Shown one piece after another: positions 36,190 through 47,955 of a DNA stretch of 64,000 bases. The notes under the pieces were generated by a model, which saw nothing but the letters and a program-made list of their open reading frames with translations, ran no database searches and was not told the DNA's origin. How positions within the stretch are numbered: position 1 is the first letter of the stretch; each line of letters starts with the position of its first letter. The DNA is from Octopus sinensis. Taxonomy: Eukaryota. The stretch covers positions 56,668,001 to 56,732,000 of the forward strand of contig NC_043002.1 in the NCBI RefSeq assembly GCF_006345805.1, written 5' to 3'. The translations under genes and the position numbers were made by a program.

Positions 36190-36919
36190 AAACTGTCATA
36201 CCCTAGTGGTTGAGGGAACCTGTGGAAGAGGTAGACCCAGGAAGACATGGGATGAGGTGGTGAAGCACGACTTTTGAACATTAGGCCTCACCGAGGCAAT
36301 GACTAGTGACTGAGACCTTTGGAAATATGCTGTGCTTGAGAAGACCATAACCCCTGGCCTATGCGTACCTTTCTTTCATTGGACATTGGACACTAAACTC
36401 TACTTGCGAAGACCTGTTGAGGCAAGTGAAATCGAAATCAAATTTGCCAATGTCGCCGATGACAGCACCACATGACTGGCATCCGTGCTAGTGGAACGCT
36501 AAGAGCACCATCCAAGCATGATTGTTGCCAGGGCCACTGACTGACTCCTGTGCTGGTGGCACATAAAAAGCAACATTCGAGCGTGATCATTACCAGTGTT
36601 GCCTTACTGGCACGTGAAAAAACAGTTGAGCGAGGTTGTTGCTAGTGCCGCTGGACTGGCTCCTGTGCAGGTGGCACTTAAAAAGTACCATTTGAGCATG
36701 GCCATTGCCAGTATCGTGTGACTAGCCCTCGTGCCAGTGGCATGTAAAAGCACCCACTACACTCTCAAAGTGGTTGGTGTTAGGAAGGACATCCAGCTGT
36801 AGAAAGTCTGCCAGATCAGATTGGAGCCAGGTACCGCCTCCTGGCTTGCCAGTCCTCAGTCAAACTGTCCAACCCATGCCAGCATGGAAAGCGGATGTTA
36901 AATGATTGATGATGATGAT
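36190..36919 (+). mobile_element. RTE LINE 3' end: last codons, 3' UTR with ~60-bp tandem units, hairpin and (GAT)n tail
   Basis: HTLVVEGTCGRGRPRKTWDEVVKHDF*TLGLTEAMTSD*DLWKYAVLEKT, then repeated actgg..gtgc..gtggcac.taaaaagcacc units, ccatgccagcatgg and gatgatgat. Confidence 0.85.
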
Positions 36920-37802
36920 CTGTGGAGTGGTGTGATAAGTCTGTACATGCTTCTAGTATTATATTATCCCCAAATTCTTAAAATGGGTATACATTTTTCC
37001 CCTTTGGTTTGATATGTGGACATAAAAAGTGCTTCAAGGACACATTTAAAGCCTTATTGAAGAGCTTTGAGATAAATTCTAACACCTGGGAAAGGCAAGC
37101 ACAAGACTGCCCTCTCTGATAAGGCTGCACCAGCAGAGGTGTACTACATTTTATGAACAGAACAGGATTACCCAGAGCTAACTCCTTGCTTTTAGCCCCA
37201 ACAGACAATCACTGTCTGACTTATAGCAGAGCCTTCTAAGCGCGCATCGGACTGATTGGCCACATCTGGACACATCATGCTCAATCTTCTACCACCATGT
37301 GACTGGAGCAGCATGAAATAAAGTGTTCTTACTGAAGAACACAAGGCAATGTTCAGACCAGGAATTGAAACCACGATCAAGTGGTTGTGAATGCAGCTCC
37401 ATAACCACTTGGCCACAAAGCTTCACTGTGTGACAAAGAAGGGTAATTGGTAATTGTGTTCTTTCATCATGCTTAGTATAGAAATAAGGAGTGGCTGTGT
37501 GGTAAGAAGTCTGCTTCTCAGCCATATGGTTTTCTGTTTCATGACAAATGTTACCTTGAGCAAATGTCTTCTACTACAGCCCCAGGTTGACCAAAGTCTT
37601 GTGAATAGGTTTGGAAGACAGAAACTGAAAGAAGCCTATCATATATGCCTGTGTGTGTTTTACCTCCTTGGCATCATGTGATTGTTGTAAATGAATTGGC
37701 CATATAGTGTCATTCATTTCCAATATTTTGTGGAAAAAACATGTTTGTTCATGATGAAAGTGGGTGTTAAAATATGTAATGTCGATGATAAACCCTGTAG
37801 AT

Positions 37803-37941
37803 CAGTAGTTCTGCACTGCGGCTCTCAAGCATCCTTCTGGCAGTCCCCAACGGGCTTCCCCCTTTCAATATTGGTGCAGCCTCCTAAAAAACATGAAGGT
37901 TTTGGATCTGGCCTGGATATTAAAAAGGTTGAGAATCACTG
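37803..37941. mobile_element. Short hAT (Charlie-like) MITE
   Basis: Ends cagtagttct and gttgagaatcactg. 8-bp TSD ctgtagat / ctatagat. Confidence 0.75.
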
Positions 37942-38016
37942 CTATAGATTGTAAACAGTTTCACAGGTTAAATCCTAGAGCGAGATGATGATGATGATTG
38001 TGTGTGGGGGGGGGGG

Positions 38017-38051
<35 letters not shown>

Positions 38052-40863
38052 TGAAAGTTGTCCCAATCAGAATGTTCTAATTTCAAATATAAACACAAAT
38101 GATAAAATCTGTACTTACTTTAGTAATAATTCCTTCCAGAAATATAAACAAATAATTCTATGAATAGGTAAAAGTTAAACATTAGTGTTTGTTCTTGTAA
38201 GACTTGGAAATTCTCAGCATAGCTTCGTCAATATTATCAGGTATGCCAAATTACATTCAGCAAGACAGCATTTATTGGACACTGAAGTATCTTGAAATCA
38301 TGAATATGGATGATAGAAGTGGTACATTTGATTTTTCCTTTCTTTCTCTCCCCACACACTATGATTCTGTTATTCCTGCTATATTTTTTAATAATACATC
38401 TTAGTTAGATTTACTTAATGTATAAAGAGCCACATCAACAATATTGGAGGTGATGAAGAACTGGTTAAGGTAGGGGAAGACTTGATTAGTGAGATATTAT
38501 CAGTTTAGGTAAAAAAACAAAACAAAAAAAAAAGGAACAGCATATCAAAACTTTGTGAATGAAAAATGAATTCAGTATTCTCTTCTACTCTATGCACAAG
38601 ACCCCCCCAATTTTTTTGGGGGGGGTGGTCAGGTGATTTGATCGACCTCAGTACACAACTGGTACTTAATTTATTGACCCCGAAAGAATGAAAGGCAAAG
38701 TCAGCCTTGGTGGTATTTGAACTCAGAACATAAAGATAGACGAAATTCCGCTAAACATTTCACCCGGCATGTTAATGTTTCTGCCAGCTTGCCACCTTTA
38801 ATGAATTCAATATTGTCACCAAATATTTTTCCTTTGGAATAAAACTGAACAGCTGTGTTAATTATATTGATTTACTCTTTTTTTAAACATGAGATTAAAA
38901 GGAAGGAATTAGATTAAAACAATATGAATAAATGTTTTACTAAAAAACAAAAACTAAGTGAAAAGGTACATAGGAAGGTTTTGGTATATAATGCTGTTTA
39001 AAAGTTTTGAAGAAATGTTAAAATGATCAAGAAGGAAGACTATTTTAGTGCAATATATTGCATGTATGTGCTTCCATAACTTACAAGCTATTTATCTGCA
39101 CACACACTTATACACACAAACACACACACGCTCTCTCTCCTGCACTCTTGTACATTTATATATGCATGATGGAACAAAATAGTATGATTGAAAAAGTACA
39201 TAAGAATGATTTGAGATCATATGACAATAGAAGAAATACATATCTATAATTCAGTGTTATATTTATAGCAGGGACATATAATATTATGTTTAAAATAAAA
39301 AGAAAGCTACAGAGGGAAGCTAAAGAGTCGGTAGAGGCTGTTCTCGATTATTGATTAAAATCTGTAACATACATGAGAAAGATTTGCTGGCCAGGTGCAA
39401 AATTATTCAGAGAGAGAGAGAGAGAGAGGGGCGGGATAAGAGGGAGTATGTTGGTAGTCACTATGAATTTGTTGTCTCTTTCATTTGCTTTCCTTTGTAT
39501 TTGTGAAAGTTGACAGTGCTACCATTTATATTGCTCTTATATGAATCTTTTCCTTCACTTGCAAGTCCTGCAGTAAGTAATTTAAGAGTTGAGGTTTCAT
39601 CTAAGATTGCAAGTTGCATGGTGCTGTGTTTAAAAAACACCTTCAACAATACTGGTGCTAAATAAATCTGGTATCAAGCACAGATATTTCGAGTTCAAGC
39701 TTGTAAACATTTGGCTGGGTATTTTTTAATATCTGTATATCACATAAAACCTCACTGCCACTGCCGCCAAAAAAGTGACACAAAAGGAAACTCAAGATTA
39801 TCACTGCCACCATCAACACCACCATCACCACCACCACCATTTAATATCTTTGTTCCTAGCTGACATGGGTTGGAGGGTTTTACAGGATTCAGTGGGTCCA
39901 AGGACTGCATTATGCTCCATGGTTTCTCCTGCTGGATGCTCTTCCTAATGTCAACCACTGTGCTTTTTTTATTTTTTATTCCACCATCACTAGTGAAGTT
40001 GCCATGCAGCCTGAGGCTGTGTGTGTGTGTGCATACATGTGCCTTTGTGTTTGTCCTCCCCATCAATTGATAATCGCTGTTGGTTTGTTTATGACCCTGT
40101 AACCTTGCAGTTTGGCAAAAGAGACCAATAGAAAAAATACTGTGATTTAAAAAACAAAAAGCAAGTTTTAGGATCAATTTGTTTGAGTAAAACTTTCTAG
40201 GTGGTGCCCCAGCATGGCCACAGTCCAGTGACTGAAACAAGCAGAATATAATAGTTGTGTGGTTTAGCTTCGGTGACGTGGTTCTCCTTTAGAGAAAGGA
40301 GAAAAGAAATTCTTGGAAAATCGATGCAAATTAATGCAGGCATTTAAATAATAATTATCTATCATTTGTTTATATATAGTTAACATATATATTAATAGTT
40401 TCCATCATAAAGAATTAGAGTATTGTGTGAATTATATATATATATATATATGAAATATAATTACTAAGTAAAGACAAAGGACATAGCACTTCAACTCTTT
40501 GTGTGATATTATTTCAACAATGGCACTTGATAGCTACGTAACAATATTTATATGTATTACTAATGGTGCAGATATTTTATGTGCTACAAGTAATATATTT
40601 CCTCGTTTATTTTAAATAGTAAATTTTGATTGCGCTGAATATATTATGCTTTACATAAAGTTATACACTGGTTAAACTTGATGTGTTGATAATACGTAAC
40701 ATGATAAATTATCAAATTTTTGACTTGCCTAAATAAATCTGATTTGATGAATGGATTTTAACGTAGGAGATAGATATAACAACTAAATCATTATGCACTT
40801 GTGACGACGACGGCGATGATGGTTTTAGAATTGGTTTCTTGCTTCTGTGTTGATTCATTTGTC

Positions 40864-41021
40864 AGGCAGGAGTGGTTGTGTGGTAAGAAGCTTGCTTCCC
40901 AACGACATGGTTCGAGGTTCAGTCCCACTGCATTGCACCATGGTCAAGTGTCTTCTGTAGCCTCAGGCTGGCCAAAGCCTTGAGAATGGATTTGGTAGAT
41001 GGAAACTGAAAGAAGCCCATC

Positions 41022-41055
<34 letters not shown>

Positions 41056-41270
41056 TTGTGTGTGTGTGTTTGTCCCTCCACTATTGCTTGACAACCGATG
41101 TTGGTGTGTTTACATCCCTGTAACTTTGCAGTTTGGCAAAAGAAACTGATAGAATAAGTACTAGGTTTACAAAGAATAAGTCCGAGGGTCGATTTGTTTG
41201 ACTATAGGTGATGCTCCAGCATGGCCACAGTCAAATGATTGAAACAAATAATAGAAAGAATAAAAGAATA
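40864..41270 (+). mobile_element. SINE family A1, near full length
   Basis: Same head, body and tail as 1487-1870. Confidence 0.85.
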
Positions 41271-43392
41271 TATTAATTTCTGATAATAATTGTGCGGCTG
41301 TTGGTGTGTGGTTATGATATTTGCTTCTCTACCCTACAGTTTTAGGTTCAATCCCACTGTGTAGCATCTTGAGGAAGTATTGTTATCATAGCCCTGGGCT
41401 GGTTAAAGTCTTGGGAGTGGATTTGTTGGATGAAGCTGAAAGAAACCTGTCTTTTGTCTGTGTATGACTGTTTGTGTCTCTTTGTATGGTAGTTGTAAAT
41501 GAGTTCCACTGTCATACAAACAGCGTCATTCTTTCATTTCCAGTCTGCTGCAAAAACATGTATGAGCGTGGGGAAATATTACCTCGCTTGAAAACAGGCG
41601 AGGGTTGGCAACTGGAAGGGCATCCAGCTGTAGAAACTCTGTTACATTAAAGTCCATTCAATCCATGGAAGCATAGAAAAGTAGATGTTAAAATGGGGTT
41701 GATGAATTGTACCGTTATTAAACAAATTTCCCTGTCATCAGAATTTTGCTTCTTCTCATAGAATGAGCATCTGTTTACTTGCAACTGCTTAAAGTCTATG
41801 AATTATTTTGCTGTTATGAATCCTTCTCAGTTTACTATCACTTCACCAGCAGCAAATCAGAAAAAAAGAGATGAAATAGACCCATCCATCATTTCATAAA
41901 TTGCTGTTTATTATCTTCACATTTTACTTAGAAACATTTCAGAGGAGCAAATTAATGTTTTCTAAACAAATTGTTTTATATAGAATTTCTAGCTGTGGCT
42001 TTTTTTTAAAAATATTTTCTACTTTGGAATTTAATTAATGAGTAATGATTTAATATGCTAATTTAATTTATCTTTAAGATTGCAATTGTTGTTGAATTTT
42101 ACCTTCATCAGTTGCCTTCTAATAATATTGTCAGTAAGCAAAGGTACATGGCCTAATGGTTAGGGTGTTGCCCTCATGATTGTAAGGTCATGATTTCAAT
42201 TCCTGGACCAAGCAATGCATTGTGTTCTTGAGCAAAACACTTTACTTCATGTTGCTCCAGCTCACTTTGCTGTAAATGAATCTCCCTGTGATGAACTGGT
42301 GTCCAGTTCAGTGGGGAATGTTGTGATTGACCTCTGCCACTTAAGATGCTATGGAAACCAGGCAACCAATGCTAGAAGTCCTGGAACATGAGACAGAAAT
42401 GTCCAGGAACTACCTTATTGTCAGTAAAATATGGGTGTCTGGGAGTCATAAAAATGGCAATTCTATAATAAAAATGCCAAAATGAATTTCTGTGTGTCAG
42501 TGTGTCACACTTTGAACCCCCCCCCTCACTATTCAATGACACTTCTACTATTCTTCATGTTGCGGTGAGAGTAATAGTAGGCATAGAGACAGTGAGGGCA
42601 GTAGTAGATTGACAATCTACTACTGCCCTCTATCTATTACTGGGTGATAGTAATAGTATGAGCTGTAGTTGTGATAGAGGTGGTGGTGGTGGTGGTGGCA
42701 GCTGAGGTAGTCAAGGATGGTGGTGATAGTAAGTGATGTGAAAGACAGTGGTGATGGTTGTGGAGGGGAAGGCAGTGAAGTCAAAAGTATTGATGGTGGT
42801 GGCGTGAGAAGTCTGAATGGTGTGTGTATGGCAGTTGTGGTGGCAATGGTACTGGTGATGGTTGAAAACAATCAACAGAAAAAGAGAGAGAGAAAGAAAG
42901 CGGTTAGATAAAAAAAAAAATTGTACTGACCCTGCCGAATGGGAAGACAAAAAATGTTGTTTAACATGCAGCTTTGCAATAAGTTCCAAGTTGACAAATT
43001 ATTGGTCAAGTTTAATAAAATTTAATATATACTCAATGCATGAAGTGTCATTGTTGAGCCCAAGGCCCAATGAAGAGCCCTCCACAGGAGCTAGCTGAAA
43101 AGCTGCTCGAGAGGCAGCAAACTTGATGCTTATTTCTTAGCAAGATTTAGATATTTGACATTTTGTGGAAGATCTATTTTAAAGCCACTTTTGGACTAAA
43201 TCCCTATTCATAACTAGGTATCACTGAAGTAGTCTCTGTTTACAATGTAAATAAAATTGTAATTTTTGAACATTATATTTACACATTTCTAAATGTGAGT
43301 ACACTCCTCCAAGTGTGAAGTATACTTTTAATATGAAGTTGGAGATTTTCATATTTTTCTGTGTTTCATATTTACTAAGTATATTTATACCA

Positions 43393-43620
43393 TTAACCCC
43401 CTCTTGATGCCAATGTGCTTGAGACTACCCCAGGTTCTATGACACGGACATCTTGTTTTCAAGTAATCTAAATCAAAGCTTCCATTAAAATTTCTGTTAA
43501 ATTATGTTCCAAACAACAGATTAATAATGATAATTATTTCATTAAATTCTTTATTATTTTTTAAATGAATTGAAACAAAGGCAGTGCATTTCATTAGAAG
43601 AATGGTAATGATAGTGTTAA
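43393..43620 (+). mobile_element. P2 MITE
   Basis: ttaaccccctcttgatgcca..tggtaatgatagtgttaa, with the same body as 19400-19630. Confidence 0.7.
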
Positions 43621-44254
43621 GAGGGACTGTTCCTGATGTTGGATGGTAGATTTGATCCTTCGTCTTCCTTTAACGCAATTACCCAGCCCTTGAGGGTCAT
43701 CAGTGGAGTCCACTCTGTTGTAAATATTGAATCCAGGTCCTTAATTAGAAGATATCATCTCCTTTCACTACCTTCACAGTCATAGATGCCATGGAGAGTA
43801 TCATATCATTGTTCTTCTCTGATTAAACCATTAACCCATAAAGTGCTGGGATTTGAACTTACATAACATGGAATGTTGAGCACATTTTATAAAAATGAGA
43901 CTATCATGCACACATAAAAAACAAAAAATAGTTAAAATATCTTCTTAGTATATAATGATGGCAAGTTTTACATCATCTGAAAAGTCGTGTGTTCAACTAT
44001 TAGTCCTCTTGCATTCTGGAGAGGTATTGGAGTGTTTGAGTGACATTAGACCCCAACAAATGCCCATAAATTAAATGCATCTATTTGGGCCATGATTATG
44101 GCCTGTCAACCTGTGCCTGACAGCCACAATTGTGGCCCATCGTGCTTTGTGTGTTAAAAAAAAAAGCAAACAAACACCTAAGGGAAGGTGAAAAAATTAA
44201 TCACAGAATAAAGCACCTACTTCTAATAGGAAAAAGTGGGACAAGGTATATCTT

Positions 44255-44475
44255 TCTCTTTTACTTATTTTAGTCATTAGACTGTGGCCATTCTGGGGTA
44301 CTGCCTTGAAGAACTTTTAATTGACGGGATCATCTCCAGGACCTAAGTTTTTAAGCCTGGTACTTATTTTGTCAGTTTTTTTACTGAACTATTTAGTTAC
44401 AGGGACACAAACACACCAACACCAGTTGTCAGGTGGTGGTGGTGGTGAACAGACATATATATTTGTATGTATATA

Positions 44476-44507
<32 letters not shown>

Positions 44508-44602
44508 GAAGATGCTTACCCAAGGTGTTATGCAGTGAGACTGAACTTGGAACCATGTGGGTTGGAAGCCAATGTCTTAGCATACAACCATGCCTGCACC
44601 TA
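44255..44602 (-). mobile_element. SINE A1 (further minus copies at ~13460-13752, 22610-22970, 45270-45605, 61950-62315)
   Basis: tagtcattagactgtggcca..gaaccatgtgggttggaagc..catgcctgcacc. Confidence 0.75.
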
Positions 44603-46535
44603 TGAGAAAAAAAATAATGTAAAACGATTAAATAGCAAAATAACAATGGTGTTTGATAAAGTAATGTTTTATAGTGGAATTGATAAAGAAGTTAACTTTG
44701 AAATCCTAGAAGGATTATGGTAGAACAAATTGAATTGTCATTTAAAAAAAAAAAATAAAATTTAAGGAAGGATGGGAGTTAAGTCGACTGCAGTGATCTC
44801 CTAACTTCCTAAAGTGATTAAATGCTGCAGAGTAACTGCCACTTATCTCCTCAGGAAAGGTATTGATGTTACAGTTGGCTGCACCCAACCAACCACCCAC
44901 TACATGTAGCTAATCTGATTGTTGACTAACCTTCAAAGACATTTGTTAATGTGATTCTCCATCAAGCAAAAGCACTTTTAGGCTTTTAGGCAAGCCATAA
45001 CTTTGTTTATTTTGAGGTCACTTGAATAAAAAAATTGGTTTTACTCCAACATCAAGATTAATTGGTTAGTCTCAGGAAGGACTTTCTGTAAAATAGTTAC
45101 AGCATAATTATGTTGACTGTCCACACTGTCTCATATACGAGAAAGAATCCTTGCTGAAGGTTGGTTTCGACATCATATGTTTCTTACAGTTGCTTGAGAG
45201 ACATTATTTTACACACACACACACACGTGTGTGTGTATTTGTCTGTCTGTCTGTCTGTCTCACATTTATTTTTTACTTGTGTGGTCATTAGACTATGGCC
45301 ATTTCTGGGGCACCACCTTCAATAATTTTGGTCTAATGAATTGACCCCCAGTACTTATTTGTTTTTGTAAAGCCTGGTACTTATTCTGTCAGTCTCTTTT
45401 GCTGAACCACTAAGTTGGAGGGATGTAAATGCACCAACACTGGTTGTCAAGTGGTGGTGGGGGACAGACACATGCGCGCACGTGTGATGAGCTGCTTTCA
45501 GTTTCCGTCTACCAAATCCATTCACAAGGCTTTGGTCAACCTGAGGCTATAGTAGAAGACACTTGCCTAAGGTGCAAAACTGTGGAACCGAACCCAGAAC
45601 CATGTTCAACAGGATCCACCAAACCAGAGGACTGTGTTAAGCTTCTGTGTCTTTTGGCATGGTTTCTGTGATTGAATACCCTTCCTGTTGCCAGACATTT
45701 TACAGAGGACACCAGCACCAGTAAGGTCACCAAGTAACCTACAAGGCAAGACTCCACGCAGATGAGTGGGTGGATGCAGTATTGGAGATGGCTTGATGCC
45801 AAACTGTTAAGTTACAGGGACATAAACTAACCAACACCAATTGTCAATTAGTATGCAGGGGAAACACGGACACACACATGGCAGGCTTTCATGTCATTTG
45901 GGATTGAACCCAAAACCACACAGCCATCCTTATGCTTGCAATCTTTAAAGATAGAGAAGGATCTAGCTATTCTCAGTTTTGTGTATTTGGTAGTTTTATT
46001 TATTTTTTAATCCACTTCTTAATAAAGAACTGGAGCCAAACCTAATTTCTTAGACCTTGATACTTTGTTATCATTGTGCAGGATTCTTGAATATTAATTT
46101 CTAAAATGTTTTTGACAAATACTGCGCATATTTACACATTCTTGGTCACTTCTACAAACATAGGAATTGGCATGAATCCAATTCTTTCTTGATTGCAAGA
46201 ACCCACACACACACGCACTGTTTCCTTCCTTCTGTCTAGCTCCTCACCTTTCTCTCTCACTAACTCCCACTTTCTCTTTCACTCATCTCTCTCCCCTCCT
46301 CCTCTTCCTCTGTCCTCCTCTCCTTCTATTCCACCACCTCCTCTCCCTCTCTCCACACTCCTTAAACTGTTCTCTTTTTAATGTTTTGGTCACATCATTT
46401 CTTTCCTTTGTTTTGAGGTGAAAATTGCAGAAGTTGCAAAAGAAATTTTGTGGAAGAAAAATTATTTAAAATTGCCTCTTTTCCTCCCTACTGTTTTCCT
46501 TTTTTAATGGTCTTCAGTCCTTTAACATTTAAATC

Positions 46536-47955
46536 AGGCAAAGAAGTGGCTGCGTGATAAGTAGAATGCTTCCCAACCACATGGTTCTGGGTTCAGTCCC
46601 ACTGCATGGCACCTTGGGCAAGTGTCTTCTACTACAGCCTCGGACTGACCAAAGCCTCATAAGTAGATTTGGTAGACGGAAACTGAAAGAAGTCCGTTGT
46701 ATATGTGTGTGTGTATATGTATATGTTTGTGCGTATATGTATGTATGTGTGTGTGTGTGTGTATGCATGTGTACATATGTATGTATATATATATAGTGTA
46801 TATGTATGTATATGTGTTTGTGTGTGTGTGTGTGTGTGGAAGCACGTGGCCCAGTGGTTAGAACAGCGGACTCGTGTTTGGGGGATTGCAGATTCGAATC
46901 TCAGACTGGGCGATGTGTGTGTTTATGAGTGAAACACCTAAGTTCCATGCGGCTCCGGCAGAAGGTAATGGCGAACTTCTGCTGACACTTTCGCCACAAC
47001 TTTCTCTCACTCTTTCCTCCTGCATCTTGCAGCTCACCTGCGACGGACCGGCATCCCATCAAGGTGGGGAACCTATACACCATGGAAACCGGCCCTATGA
47101 GCCAGGCATGGCTTGAGAAGGAACAAACAACAATATATATATATATATAATCATCATCGTTTAATATCCGTTTTCCATGCTGGCATGGGTTGGACGGTTT
47201 GACTGAGGGCTGGCAAGCCAGTAGGCTGCGCCAGGCTCCAATCTGATCTGGCAAAGTTTCTACACCTGGATGACCTTCCTAGCACCAACCACTCTGAGAG
47301 TGTGGTGGGTGCTTTTTATGTGCCACCCGCATGGGAGCCAGTCAGGCGGCACTGGCATCGACCACATTCAGATGGAGCATTTTATGTTCCACCAGCACAG
47401 GGGCCTGGCTTTGACCACATTTGGAAATCGACATATATCATCATCGTTTAACGTCCGTTTTCCATGCTAGCATGGGTTGGACGGTTTGACCAGGGTCTGG
47501 GAAGCCAGGAGGCTGCACCAGGCTCCAGTCTGATCTGGCAGTGTTTCTACAGCTGGATACCCTTCCTAACGCCAACCACTCCATGTGTGTAGTGGGTGCT
47601 TTTTACATGCCACTAGCACAGGGGCCACAGGATGCTGGCAACGGCCATGATCGGTTGGTGCTTTTTACGTGCCACTGTCATGGACCACCAGTCAAAGCAG
47701 TGCTGGCATCAGCCACATCTTGATGGTGCTTTTTATATATATATATATTTATATGTGTCTGCCTGTGTTTGACCCTCTTCCTCATCACTTTACAACCGAT
47801 GTTGGTGTGTTTATGTCCCTGAAACTTAGCGATTCGCCAAACGAGACTGATGGTGTAAGTACTAGGCCTAGAAAGAGTAAGTGCTGGGGTTGATTTTTTT
47901 CAAATAAAGGTGTTGCTCCAGCATGACCACAGTCAAATGACTGAAACATGTCAAA
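46536..47955 (+). mobile_element. SINE A1 split at its internal microsatellite by a family D SINE and two RTE tails
   Basis: Head and body at 46536-46700; the 3' part (acaaccgatgttggtgtgttt..gtcaaatgactgaaaca) resumes near 47750. Confidence 0.75.
47150..47733 (-). mobile_element. Two adjacent RTE 3'-end fragments
   Basis: Both begin atcatcatcgtttaa..ccgttttccatgct.gcatgggttggacggtttgac (47150 and 47438). Confidence 0.8.

Noticed and set aside
36470-36760. Regularly spaced ~60-bp repeats, superficially CRISPR-like
   Set aside because: Degenerate tandem units within an RTE 3' UTR, without unique spacers, in eukaryotic DNA with no cas genes.
43685-43710. Minus-strand ctgatga-ccc-tcaa-ggg, hammerhead-like start
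   Set aside because: No GAAA follows the stem; the surroundings look more like a decayed LINE.
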